Shown here: positions 1 to 9,171 of the stretch, in pieces
How the letters are laid out: every line of letters starts with the position of its first letter
Position numbering within the stretch: the first letter of the stretch is position 1
Source: a virus
Taxonomy: Duplodnaviria; Caudoviricetes
IMG/VR virus record: IMGVR_UViG_3300016667_000113
Location: 1 to 36,081 of that record
Strand: one strand, 5' to 3'
Length of the DNA: 36,081 nucleotides
Program-made: the position numbers and the translations under genes
The notes under the pieces: model-generated
Told to the model about the DNA's origin: nothing
Databases searched by the model: none
Seen by the model: the letters and a program-made list of their open reading frames with translations, nothing else

Positions 1-173
1 CCTCCTAAGCACACAAAAAAGTGAAATAAAGAAATAATTAATGAGGGACAGATAAAATGCTAAAAAGACAAATAAATTCAACCACTTAGAAATATTTTCA
101 TGGGAGATGTGCACAAGGGCCAATATAGTGTCGTGTGAATGCTAAAAAGTTGCTCACAAGGGTCTAAAAAGTA

Positions 174-202
174 TTGACAAACGCGAGGAAGTATGATACA
201 TT
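174..202 (+). promoter_or_regulatory. sigma70 promoter for terminase operon
   Basis: TTGACA (174-179), 17 bp spacer, TACATT (197-202) preceded by TGn extended -10. Confidence 0.75.
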
Positions 203-204
203 TT

Positions 205-498
205 CGGGGTAGACAGATGATGTCTTCCGTACTCCTGACGACACTAAGAGCCTGCATGGGCTGCGAGGAAGAGAACACCGACACACGATCACCCCCGTGG
301 CTAACTGTCGAACCAGACTAGGTGTAGGTATTGGTTGAGTTTATAGATAACTAGGGTGGAATACTGGGTCTATAAACAAAAGAGAATACACCCCTCATGG
401 GAACCTGGGGACAAGCCGTTGGAGTCTTGTCTTGGGGAGGTGGTTGATAGAAGCCGTGCACGAATGGCTAATATCCACCCCTAGTAGACCTGTGTCTA
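205..498 (+). ncRNA. putative structured RNA / long 5' leader upstream of terS
   Basis: No + strand ORF; many complementary segments: CGGGGT 205-210/ACCCCCG 291-297, GTTTATAGA 339-347/TCTATAAAC 369-377, GGTGTA 321-326/TACACC 387-392, GACAAG 410-415/CTTGTC 426-431, ACTAGGGTGGA 350-360/TCCACCCCTAGT 474-485. Confidence 0.45.
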
Positions 499-522
499 AA
501 AACATCTCCAGTAAGGATAAAG

Positions 523-915
523 ATGGAAGAAAACAAACGTGGAAGAGGTCGCCCTAAGAAGGGTGAAATTGTTGCAGTAAAAAATAAGAATAAAGGTGTA
601 CTTGGTAGACCTAAAGGGGATGCTGCCATCATCAACGAATATAAGATTCGTATGTTGAACAGTCCCAAGTCTGCTAAAGTGTTAGAGGCCATTTACGATG
701 CTGCCCTCAATGACGATCACAAAAACCAAGCAGCAGCGTGGAAGCTCATTGTAGACCGTATTGTTCCTGTGTCTGCCTTTGAACAGACAAAGGCGGGAGG
801 CGGTACGCCGAGCATTTCCATCAACATCACTGGCCTCAATCAACCTACAGTTGAAGCAGAGCAGGTGTATGACATTACGGACGTAGAGATGAAAGAAGAC
901 GATGACCAGTCTTAA
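523..915 (+). CDS. terS: terminase small subunit
   Basis: 130 aa directly upstream of and overlapping terL; basic N-terminus with GRP motifs; AAGGA SD. Confidence 0.7.
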   Translation: MEENKRGRGRPKKGEIVAVKNKNKGVLGRPKGDAAIINEYKIRMLNSPKSAKVLEAIYDAALNDDHKNQAAAWKLIVDRIVPVSAFEQTKAGGGTPSISINITGLNQPTVEAEQVYDITDVEMKEDDDQS

Positions 916-2176
916 TTTCTCCCTCCTCAAATGGCAACAAACTGTCTTTAAGGACAAGAGCCGCTTCAAGGTGGTGGCTGCTGGGCGTCGATGTGGCAAG
1001 AGCCGTCTATCGGCTGTTACGCTGCTCATAGAGGCTTTAAATTGTCCTGAAGGGTCTAGTGTCATGTACATTGCCCCTACGCTTGGGCAAGCTCGTACAA
1101 TTATCTGGGACTTGCTGCATGAGCTGGGCAGGCCCGTCATTAAGAGCAGCCATGTCAACAACTTGGAGATAACGCTCGTTAATGGAAGGAAAATCTTGGT
1201 TAGAGGGGCAGACAACCCAGACTCCCTCCGAGGTGTAAGTTTGGTGTATGTCGTCTTGGACGAATGTGCCTTTATTAAGGTGGATGTCTGGGAGAAAATC
1301 ATCCGTGCTGCCTTGTCTGACCGCAAGGGCCGTGCCTTGTTCATTTCCACACCTTCAGGCCGTAATTGGTTTTATGAGGTGTTCAAGCAGGGCCAAAAGG
1401 ATAAAGAAGACGAAGGCTTTGACGAGGAATGGAAAAGCTGGCATTTCACCACCCAGGACAACGAAACCATCGATCCAAAGGAAATTGAGGCTGCTAAGAG
1501 GTCTTTGAGCAGCTTTGCCTTTAAACAGGAATATTTGTCTTCCTTCGACAATGCAGGGGCTGACATCTTCAAAGAGGAATGGCTCAAATACGACAAAGAG
1601 CCTAGCTACGGAAGCTATGTCATTGCGATTGACTTGGCTGGCTTTGAACAAGTGGCTAAAAACGCAGGAAGTGCTAAACGTAAGCTTGATGAAAGCTCCA
1701 TTTCAATTGTGAAGGTGGGAGACAATGGGGACTGGTGGGTGAAGGACATTGTTCATGGACGCTGGGACATTCGGGAAACTGCTTCTCGTATTCTTATGGC
1801 TATTCGCGATCATCAGCCCATTGCTGTTGGCATTGAAAGAGGGGCTCTAAGGAATGCCGTTCAGCCCTATCTCGAAGATCTCATGCGAAAGAACAACATC
1901 TACGCCCACATCCAAGACCTGACACACGGGAACAAAAAGAAGACAGACAGGGTTATTTGGAGCCTTCAGGGACGCTTTGAGCATGGACGCATCAAGCTCA
2001 ATGAAGACAAGGAATGGGGTGAGTTTATTGACCAATATCTGATGTTTCCCACAGCAGGTGTCCATGACGACCTCATTGACTCCCTTTCCTACGTCGATCA
2101 ACTGGCAGTTGTGGCCTACAACGCCGATTATGACGAAGATGAATGGGAAATTATAGATAGTGTCTCAGGATATTAA
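902..2176 (+). CDS. terL: terminase large subunit
   Basis: Walker A AGRRCGKS, Walker B VVLDE, coupling motif ISTP, nuclease IAIDLA and HDDLID. Confidence 0.95.
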   Translation: MTSLNFSLLKWQQTVFKDKSRFKVVAAGRRCGKSRLSAVTLLIEALNCPEGSSVMYIAPTLGQARTIIWDLLHELGRPVIKSSHVNNLEITLVNGRKILVRGADNPDSLRGVSLVYVVLDECAFIKVDVWEKIIRAALSDRKGRALFISTPSGRNWFYEVFKQGQKDKEDEGFDEEWKSWHFTTQDNETIDPKEIEAAKRSLSSFAFKQEYLSSFDNAGADIFKEEWLKYDKEPSYGSYVIAIDLAGFEQVAKNAGSAKRKLDESSISIVKVGDNGDWWVKDIVHGRWDIRETASRILMAIRDHQPIAVGIERGALRNAVQPYLEDLMRKNNIYAHIQDLTHGNKKKTDRVIWSLQGRFEHGRIKLNEDKEWGEFIDQYLMFPTAGVHDDLIDSLSYVDQLAVVAYNADYDEDEWEIIDSVSGY

Positions 2177-2184
2177 TAAAAAGC

Positions 2185-2213
2185 TTGACAAATTAACACT
2201 TTTCTGATATATT
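2185..2213 (+). promoter_or_regulatory. sigma70 promoter for portal operon
   Basis: TTGACA (2185-2190), 17 bp, TATATT (2208-2213) with TGn. Confidence 0.8.
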
Positions 2214-2221
2214 CGGCCTCT

Positions 2222-2497
2222 ATGACTATTAAACGTGGTAAAGAAGAGTTTGCTGGCTATAACAAGCCTAAGCGCACTCCCAATCATCCTACAAAAAGTC
2301 ACGCTGTTTTGGCTAAAGACGGAGATGAGGTGAAGCTCATTCGTTTTGGTCAACAGGGTGTTTCTGGCTCTCCTGCTCGTGAAGGGGAGTCTGAGGCGTC
2401 TAAAAAGCGTAGACATTCATTCCAAGCCCGTCATGCCGAGAACATCGCCAAAGGCAAGATGAGCGCAGCTTATTGGGCGAATAAGGTGAAGTGGTAA
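2222..2497 (+). CDS. small basic conserved phage protein
   Basis: 91 aa, K/R-rich, KLIRFGQQG...SFQARH...SAAYWANKVKW pattern; TAATG coupled to portal. Confidence 0.75.
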   Translation: MTIKRGKEEFAGYNKPKRTPNHPTKSHAVLAKDGDEVKLIRFGQQGVSGSPAREGESEASKKRRHSFQARHAENIAKGKMSAAYWANKVKW

Positions 2498-4548
2498 TGG
2501 CAGAATTTACAGAGTTTGAAGAGCCTTCTGAGTCCGACAAGGAACTCGTAGAATGGATTGTTAGCCATACGGAGCGTTGGCGCAACTATCGAAACACCAA
2601 CTTCCTGGCAAACTGGGAGGAATACGAGCGTATTTTCAAAGGTGAATGGGCTGCTGAAGACAAAACCCGTGACAGCGAGCGTAGCCGCATTGTGGCTCCT
2701 GCAACGCAGCAGGCCGTGGAAACCCGCCACGCTGAAATTATGGAAGCCATTTTCGGTCAAGGCGAGTTTTTTGACATTGAAGACGACATCCGTGACGTAA
2801 ACGGCACGCCTTTGGACATTGAGGCCATCAAGCGTCAACTGTCAGAAGACTTCAAGAAAGACAAAATCAAGAAAGCCGTCGACCAGATTGTGTTGATGTC
2901 CGAGATTTATGGCACTGGCGTTGGTGAGATTGTTGTCAAGCGTGAAAAGGAATATGTTCCTGCGACACAGCCGATTCCTGGCGTTGTAGGTCAGGCAGCC
3001 ATTGGCGTGATGGAGCAAGACCGCATTGCTGTCAAACTTCAGCCTATCAACCCTAAAAACTTCCTATGGGATCCTAACGGCACTTCTGTGGATGAGTGCA
3101 TGGGCGTTGCCATTGAGAAGCCTGTTAGCTTCCATAAGGTGGTGGAAGGCATTGAAAAAGGCATCTACCGCAAGGTGGAAATTAAGCAAGAAAGCTCTCA
3201 GGACGATCTGGAAGCCTCTTTTAGCGATGTCCATTATTCCGACGATCAGGTGATTTTGCTCACCTATTATGGCTTGGTTCCTAGGGAATATCTGGAGCAG
3301 CTTGAAGAGGGCGATAATGAGGTGGTGGACATCTTTCCTGAAGACACGGAGATGGACGAATATGCTGACCTCGTGGAAGCCATCATTGTCATTGCCAACG
3401 GTGAAACCCTGCTGAAAGCTGAAGCCAATCCTTACATGATGAAGGATAGGCCCATTATGACCTTCCAGGCCGACACTGTTCCCAACCGCTTGGCAGGCCG
3501 TGGGACGGTTGAGAAGGCTTATAACATGCAGAAAGCCATTGATGCACAGCTCCGTAGCTACATTGATGGTTTGGGGCTTACAACGGCTCCTATGATGGCT
3601 ATGGACGCTACGCGCATGCCTCGTGGCTCTAAGTTTGAAGTGAAACCTGGTAAGGCTATTCTGGTTAATGGCAATCCCAATGAAATTCTTACTCCGTTCA
3701 AGTTTGGCAATCCTGACGGCAGTAACGCACAAGCTGCTCAGAATTTTGAGCGCATGCTGCTACAAGCTACTGGCACTCTCGATAGCAATGGCTTGGTGTC
3801 TTCTGTGTCTCGTGACGCTGGTGGGGCAGGTATGTCGGCTGCTATGGCGTCTATCATCAAGAAATATCGTCGCACTCTCACGAATTTCCAAGAAGACTTC
3901 CTGATGCCTTTTATTAAGAAGGCTGCTTTCCGTTACATGCAGTTTGATCCAGAGCGTTATCCGTCTGTGGATTTCAACTTTGTTCCTACGGCTACGTTGG
4001 GAATTATGGCTCGGGAATACGAACAGCAGCAACTCATTGGTTTGCTTCAGACGCTTGGCCCTGACACCCCTGTTTTGCCTCTCATCCTCAAAGGAATTGT
4101 GCATAACAGCGGCTTGTCCAACAAGGCAGAGCTGGAGCAGATGCTTACGCAGATGTCTCAGCCCAATCCTGAGCAACAAGCTCTTCAACAACAGCAGGCA
4201 ATGCTGCAAATGCAGGCTGTGCAGGCTCAAATTGCTGTCAATGAGACACAAGCGAAGCAGAATGAAGCTGAAGCCACTAAAACCATCATTGAAGCCCAGT
4301 TGAAGCCTAAGGAAATTGAGGCTAAATTGGCGTCTATGTTGACACAAAATCTGCCAAATAATGCAGATCAGGCTTCACAAGAGTTTGACAAACGTGTTAA
4401 AATTGCTGAATTGATGCTGAAAGAAGCAGACATTCGTAATAGATCAAAGATTGTGGAGCTACAAATGCACAAAGCAAAGGGCGATGTTGCAGATGTGGAA
4501 AAAGATTTCTTGAAACAACTGTCTGGAAAGTTAAACAATGGACGTTAA
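2497..4548 (+). CDS. portal protein
   Basis: ~683 aa after terL; acidic, Q-rich coiled-coil C-terminal region typical of P22-like/podoviral portals; start moved to ATG 2497 (TAATG overlap). Confidence 0.85.
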   Translation: MAEFTEFEEPSESDKELVEWIVSHTERWRNYRNTNFLANWEEYERIFKGEWAAEDKTRDSERSRIVAPATQQAVETRHAEIMEAIFGQGEFFDIEDDIRDVNGTPLDIEAIKRQLSEDFKKDKIKKAVDQIVLMSEIYGTGVGEIVVKREKEYVPATQPIPGVVGQAAIGVMEQDRIAVKLQPINPKNFLWDPNGTSVDECMGVAIEKPVSFHKVVEGIEKGIYRKVEIKQESSQDDLEASFSDVHYSDDQVILLTYYGLVPREYLEQLEEGDNEVVDIFPEDTEMDEYADLVEAIIVIANGETLLKAEANPYMMKDRPIMTFQADTVPNRLAGRGTVEKAYNMQKAIDAQLRSYIDGLGLTTAPMMAMDATRMPRGSKFEVKPGKAILVNGNPNEILTPFKFGNPDGSNAQAAQNFERMLLQATGTLDSNGLVSSVSRDAGGAGMSAAMASIIKKYRRTLTNFQEDFLMPFIKKAAFRYMQFDPERYPSVDFNFVPTATLGIMAREYEQQQLIGLLQTLGPDTPVLPLILKGIVHNSGLSNKAELEQMLTQMSQPNPEQQALQQQQAMLQMQAVQAQIAVNETQAKQNEAEATKTIIEAQLKPKEIEAKLASMLTQNLPNNADQASQEFDKRVKIAELMLKEADIRNRSKIVELQMHKAKGDVADVEKDFLKQLSGKLNNGR

Positions 4549-6430
4549 AAAACTAATGGCTGAAGGTAGTTTGGATAATTTGTCCGAAGACCTTTTCAAG
4601 AGCGTTTCTAGCTATTCGGAAGAAGTGAAGGCTTTCCAGCGTCAAAAAGCTGCTGAATATGCCGATCAAGTGGTGGCTGCTCTAAAGAAAATTGAGCAAG
4701 ACATCAAAGATCGCTACGACCGAGTGGGCCTTACTCTAGAAAAGCGTGTTCTCAACATCAAAGACGGCAAAGACGGTATCAATGGTCGTGATGGTAGGGA
4801 CGGCAAAGACGGTAAACCGGGCGCTGCTGGCCTTCCTGGGCGTGACGGCAAGGATGGAAAGAATGGCCGTGATGGTGTAGACGGAAAAGATGGCGTTTCT
4901 GTTATTAATGCCTTCCTTGACTTTGACAATAGCCTTGTCATTGAGCTATCTAACGGCAAACAGGTGAACGCTGGCGCTATTCTCGGTGCAGATTTTGCTG
5001 AGAAAGTGAAAATTATTGCCAACGGTGGCGGTACAAGCCAAGGCGTTATTGACACTTTGGCTTCGTTGCAGGCTCAAATTAGTGCTATTTCCTCTTTGGG
5101 AGCTGTTAGCTATCAGGGAACATGGAATGCTTCGACGAACACTCCTACAATTACGGCAAGTGTTGGCACTAAGGGCTATTATTACGTTGTTAGTGTTGCA
5201 GGCACTACGTCCATTAACGGAGAGAGTAAATGGGGCGTGGGTGACTGGATTGTTTTCAACGGCTCTACGTGGCAGAAAGTGGACGGAGGCAGCACTGGAA
5301 ATCTGACAACGCTGGATGTCAGTGGAGCAGCTACGATTGGCACTGATTTGACGCTTTCTGGAGGCACTGCCAACGGCGTGGCCTATCTGAATGGCTCCAA
5401 AGTTATCACTACGGGGAGTGCGCTGACTTACAACGGAAACACTCTGGGTCTCTATTCGGCTACAGCAGGCTTGAGCCTGCAAACCTCAGTCAACACAAAT
5501 CAAGCGATCATTACGCTGGCTGATGCTGATGGGCGCACGGCAGTATTCCGAAGCCCAAACAGCGGGTCGCCAAACTTGGCGCAGATTGGTACGACGACCA
5601 ACCACGATTTGGCTTTCCTGTACGGCAACACCGAACAAATGCGCCTGACCTCCACAGGGTTGGGCATTGGGACGAGTTCTCCTACGCAACCTGTAAGCAT
5701 CTATAAAGCATCTGGTGGAGTTTGGTTTGGAGCTAAATCAGGAAGCAATTCGGAGCAGTTATTCGGATCAGATTCCTCTGGTAACGCTGCTATTTACGCA
5801 CAAGGCGCAAACGTTATTGCGTTGTATACCAGTGGCTCCGAACGCGCCCGCATCGACTCCAGCGGTAACTTGCTGGTGGGTTGTACAACAGGGTATATAG
5901 CTGCAATGAACTCATTTGGTAGTTCGCGTGATGGTATTCATGTTGGTGTTTCAGCAGGTGCTGGTACAGTATATTCATTTATTGCGGGCTGGTATTCAAG
6001 CACTTCAACATCTCGTGGAACATTATCTTTTAACGTCACTTCAAACGGTAACGTCACAAATACAAACAACAGTTATGGCGCTATTTCTGACATTAAATTG
6101 AAAGAAAACATAACAGACGCAACACCTAAACTAGCGCAACTGTGTCAAGTTCGTGTGGTGAATTACAACTTCAAAGAAGGTCAGACGCAAAAGCAAATTG
6201 GTGTGATTGCTCAAGAATTGGAACAAGTGTTTCCGTCGATGGTTGACGAGACAGCTGATTTTGAGATGGTGACAACAACCGATGAAGACGGTAACGAGAT
6301 AACTGAACGGAGGGCAACAGGCACAACCACAAAGTCTGTGAAATACAGCGTGTTTGTTCCTATGCTCATCAAAGCTATTCAAGAACTCAAAGCCGAGGTG
6401 GACAGCCTCAAAGCACAACTTAACAAGTAA
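4538..6430 (+). CDS. fibre protein with collagen-like repeat and C-terminal intramolecular chaperone (peptidase S74-like)
   Basis: 15 G-X-Y triplets (4766-4900), YQGTWNASTNTP motif, beta-repeats MRLTSTGLGIGT / RARIDSSGNLLVG, SDIKLKENI...IGVIAQELE...LIKAIQEL chaperone signature. Confidence 0.85.
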   Translation: MDVKKLMAEGSLDNLSEDLFKSVSSYSEEVKAFQRQKAAEYADQVVAALKKIEQDIKDRYDRVGLTLEKRVLNIKDGKDGINGRDGRDGKDGKPGAAGLPGRDGKDGKNGRDGVDGKDGVSVINAFLDFDNSLVIELSNGKQVNAGAILGADFAEKVKIIANGGGTSQGVIDTLASLQAQISAISSLGAVSYQGTWNASTNTPTITASVGTKGYYYVVSVAGTTSINGESKWGVGDWIVFNGSTWQKVDGGSTGNLTTLDVSGAATIGTDLTLSGGTANGVAYLNGSKVITTGSALTYNGNTLGLYSATAGLSLQTSVNTNQAIITLADADGRTAVFRSPNSGSPNLAQIGTTTNHDLAFLYGNTEQMRLTSTGLGIGTSSPTQPVSIYKASGGVWFGAKSGSNSEQLFGSDSSGNAAIYAQGANVIALYTSGSERARIDSSGNLLVGCTTGYIAAMNSFGSSRDGIHVGVSAGAGTVYSFIAGWYSSTSTSRGTLSFNVTSNGNVTNTNNSYGAISDIKLKENITDATPKLAQLCQVRVVNYNFKEGQTQKQIGVIAQELEQVFPSMVDETADFEMVTTTDEDGNEITERRATGTTTKSVKYSVFVPMLIKAIQELKAEVDSLKAQLNK

Positions 6431-6441
6431 GGAAAATAAAC

Positions 6442-6732
6442 ATGACTATTTCTTGGAAAATTACACAACTCGACAGTAAAACTGAAGACGGCTTTGTCAC
6501 TACGGCTCATTGGACTTGCTCTGGTGAAGATGGTGAATTTGCTGGCTCCGTCTATGCCACTGCTTCGTGGAGCGAAGGCGAGCCTGCTGTGGCCTATGAA
6601 GACCTCACGGAAGCTCAAGTGTTGGCTTGGGTGTGGGCTTCTGTGGACAAAGACGCCACTGAAGCTGCTGTGCAAGCTCAAATTGACGAACAAAAGGCTC
6701 CTAAAGTAAAAAAAGGTATTCCTTGGGCTTGA
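6442..6732 (+). CDS. fibre-associated small protein (putative fibre assembly chaperone)
   Basis: 96 aa right after fibre, AAGGA SD, YEDLTEAQVLAWV...PW pattern seen next to phage fibre genes. Confidence 0.65.
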   Translation: MTISWKITQLDSKTEDGFVTTAHWTCSGEDGEFAGSVYATASWSEGEPAVAYEDLTEAQVLAWVWASVDKDATEAAVQAQIDEQKAPKVKKGIPWA

Positions 6733-6757
6733 CAAAGCTTAAAAAATAGTGTACATT
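6729..6757 (+). promoter_or_regulatory. sigma70 promoter for scaffold/capsid operon
   Basis: TTGACA (6729-6734), 17 bp, TACATT (6752-6757). Confidence 0.75.
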
Positions 6758-6783
6758 GACGCTTTCACAACAAAGGACAAGCT

Positions 6784-7038
6784 ATGGCCCCTGAGTTAAG
6801 CAAGTTTTATGAAAATGCCTTTGAAATGATGGCTACCGAAGGGTGGACTGACTTGATGGAGGACATTAAAAAGGTTATGGACAGTTATGATAAATTGTCC
6901 TCTGTCACGGAAACGCACCCGTTAGATTTTCGTCGTGGACAGATGGACATTCTTAGCTGGCTATATGGCCTTCGGGCCAGTTATGAGAAAACTTATGAAG
7001 AACTCATGCAGGAGGACGAAGATGCGTCGAATGTATGA
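6784..7038 (+). CDS. head-module hypothetical protein
   Basis: 84 aa, AAGGA SD, helical, FRRGQ motif; lies between portal and scaffold. Confidence 0.7.
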   Translation: MAPELSKFYENAFEMMATEGWTDLMEDIKKVMDSYDKLSSVTETHPLDFRRGQMDILSWLYGLRASYEKTYEELMQEDEDASNV

Positions 7039-7252
7039 GTTTGTTTGTAAAGATTCTCATATCTCTGAGGCTTTAGTGGATGAGGAAGTACGCGAAATCT
7101 CCTGTAGGGGCTGCGGAAAACCTGCTACACGAATAGTCTCAGCCGTGCAGACTAAGCTGGAACCCTTTACAGGCTCATTTCCAACAGCTTATTCAGCATG
7201 GAATCGAAAGCGGGCTGAAAAGCTTGCAATCGAGAAAAAGCAGAACGCATAA
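7022..7252 (+). CDS. zinc-ribbon protein (FmdB-like)
   Basis: MRRMYEFVCKDSH...CRGCGKPATRIVS; GGAGG SD at 7011-7015 fixes start at 7022. Confidence 0.7.
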   Translation: MRRMYEFVCKDSHISEALVDEEVREISCRGCGKPATRIVSAVQTKLEPFTGSFPTAYSAWNRKRAEKLAIEKKQNA

Positions 7253-7315
7253 GCCGATAGGCCGTGTTCATTTATAAACTCCTAGAACCGAATATTACGG
7301 CAGGAAAGGAAAAGT

Positions 7316-8092
7316 ATGGCTACCCTAGTTGATTCCAATGATGATTTTGAAGGTGAAAGCGAACTCGAAAGTGTCGAGCAAATCCTTTCATCTGAGCCGA
7401 AAGTCGAAGATAGTGGCGTAAACGTTCCCGAGAAATATCGGGGTAAAAGCGTTGAGGACATCATCAAGATGCACCAGGAGGCTGAGAAGCTGATTGGTAA
7501 ACAGGCACAAGAAGTTGGTGAGGTGAGGAAACTTGCTGACGACCTCTTGAAGCAGACATTGGGTAAACAGACACAGCCTACTGAAGTAGAGCCTGAAATT
7601 GACTTCTTTGAAGACCCAAAGAAGGCGGTTCAGAAAACGTTGGAAAGTCATCCCGATGTCATGGCAGCTAAACAGGCTGCTCTTGAGCTGAAGCGGATGC
7701 AAATCCAGCAACAACTGGCGACCAGTCATCCTGACTTTCAGCAAATTGTGCAAGATCCGCAGTTTGCCGAGTGGGTAAAAGGCAGTAAAGTGCGTATGTC
7801 TCTTTATGCCAAAGCCGACAGTGAGTTTGACTTTGACAGTGCAGATGAATTGCTTTCTACGTACAAGCAGTTGAAACAAGTGAAAGCCACTTCTCAAGCG
7901 TCTGAGTCTGGTAAAAAGGCTGTAGACAAGGGGTTGAAGGCAGCAGCAGTGGATACTGGTGGTACGGGGGAGTCTTCTAAGCGAGTTTATCGACGGGCCG
8001 ATTTGATCCGTCTGCGTATGACCGATCCTGAGCGTTATGAAACTCTTCAGTCTGAAATTATGGCTGCATACGCTGAAGGGAGAGTGAAATAA
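7316..8092 (+). CDS. capsid scaffolding protein
   Basis: 258 aa, acidic N-terminus, PEKYRGKS motif, coiled coil, ends AYAEGRVK; just upstream of capsid gene. Confidence 0.85.
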   Translation: MATLVDSNDDFEGESELESVEQILSSEPKVEDSGVNVPEKYRGKSVEDIIKMHQEAEKLIGKQAQEVGEVRKLADDLLKQTLGKQTQPTEVEPEIDFFEDPKKAVQKTLESHPDVMAAKQAALELKRMQIQQQLATSHPDFQQIVQDPQFAEWVKGSKVRMSLYAKADSEFDFDSADELLSTYKQLKQVKATSQASESGKKAVDKGLKAAAVDTGGTGESSKRVYRRADLIRLRMTDPERYETLQSEIMAAYAEGRVK

Positions 8093-8166
8093 TGTTGGAA
8101 ACAGTTACTCAAGCAAACTTTATTCCAAACATTAGAGCACTCAACCACCGGGGCCGGGTTAAGTAA
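8092..8166 (+). CDS. 24-aa mini-ORF MLETVTQANFIPNIRALNHRGRVK (capsid-N/scaffold-C chimera or duplication scar)
   Basis: ATG overlaps scaffold stop (TAATG); translated by hand. Confidence 0.35.
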   Translation: MLETVTQANFIPNIRALNHRGRVK

Positions 8167-8194
8167 TTTTTCATTCTTTTAAAGGACTTTATAA

Positions 8195-9157
8195 ATGGCT
8201 ACCTCCTATCTTAACAGTGCTAATAACACTACCGTAACCACCGCAGCAACGTTCATTCCTGAAATTTGGAGTGATGAGATTGTTGCTGCTTATAAGAAAA
8301 ACCTGGTTGCTGCTAACCTCGTCAAGCGCATGTCTTTCAAAGGCAAGCGTGGCGACACCGTGCACATCCCTTCTCCGAGCCGTGGCACTGCCAACGCTAA
8401 AACCGCTACCAACGTCGTCACCCTGCAAGTGGCTACTGAGAGCGAAGTTGCTGTGTCCATCAACAAGCACTATGAATATAGCCGCTTGATCGAAGACATC
8501 GTGGAAGTGCAAGCTCTGTCGTCGCTGCGTGGTTTCTACACCGAAGACGCTGGCTATGCTCTGGCTCGCCAAGTTGACACCGACCTGATCCGTTTGGGCC
8601 GCACGTTCAACAGCGGTTCGGCTGGTGCTCGTTACAACGGCGCTTACATCGGTGGCGACGGCACGACCGCTTTCGACTACTCCGCTTCGTCGGGTGCTGG
8701 TAACGCTTCGGCTCTGACCGATGCTGCTATCCGTCGCACGATTCAGCGTCTGGACGACAACGATGTGCCTATGGACGGCCGTTTCTTCATCATCCCCCCG
8801 AGCAGCCGTAACACGCTGATGGGCTTGGCTCGCTACACCGAGCAGGCTTTCGTGGGTGAGGCTGGTAGCAACAACACCATCCGTAACGGCGAAATCGGCA
8901 ACCTGTACGGCATCCCCGTGTTCACCACCACCAACGCTGACTACCTGAACAGTGCTGCTGATGGCTCTGGCACGAACATCGGTCGTGTGGCTCTGATGGG
9001 TCACAAGGATTCGATGGTGCTGGTTGAGCAGCAGGGCATCCGTTCGCAAACCCAGTACAAGCAAGAATACCTGGGTACGCTGTTCACCTCTGACACCATC
9101 TACGGTGTTAGCGAACTGCGTGACTACGGTGCAGTTGCACTGGCTGTTCCGGCTTAA
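8195..9157 (+). CDS. major capsid protein
   Basis: 320 aa, FIPEIWS, GDTVHIP, GEIGNLYGIPV, DTIYG motifs of HK97-fold podoviral capsids; strongly C-ending codon bias; followed by terminator. Confidence 0.92.
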   Translation: MATSYLNSANNTTVTTAATFIPEIWSDEIVAAYKKNLVAANLVKRMSFKGKRGDTVHIPSPSRGTANAKTATNVVTLQVATESEVAVSINKHYEYSRLIEDIVEVQALSSLRGFYTEDAGYALARQVDTDLIRLGRTFNSGSAGARYNGAYIGGDGTTAFDYSASSGAGNASALTDAAIRRTIQRLDDNDVPMDGRFFIIPPSSRNTLMGLARYTEQAFVGEAGSNNTIRNGEIGNLYGIPVFTTTNADYLNSAADGSGTNIGRVALMGHKDSMVLVEQQGIRSQTQYKQEYLGTLFTSDTIYGVSELRDYGAVALAVPA

Positions 9158-9171
9158 TAGCTGAACGCCTT

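Noticed and set aside
235-275. Hammerhead ribozyme (CTGACGA core)
   Set aside because: No GAAA after a stem II and no matching stems I/III
4538-6430. Diversity-generating retroelement target
   Set aside because: No reverse transcriptase and no template/variable repeat pair seen
8189-9064. Long antisense ORFs (also 682-1350, 3064-3732, 13935-14912, 15309-16034)
   Set aside because: Shadows of codon-biased sense genes; no SD or recognisable motifs
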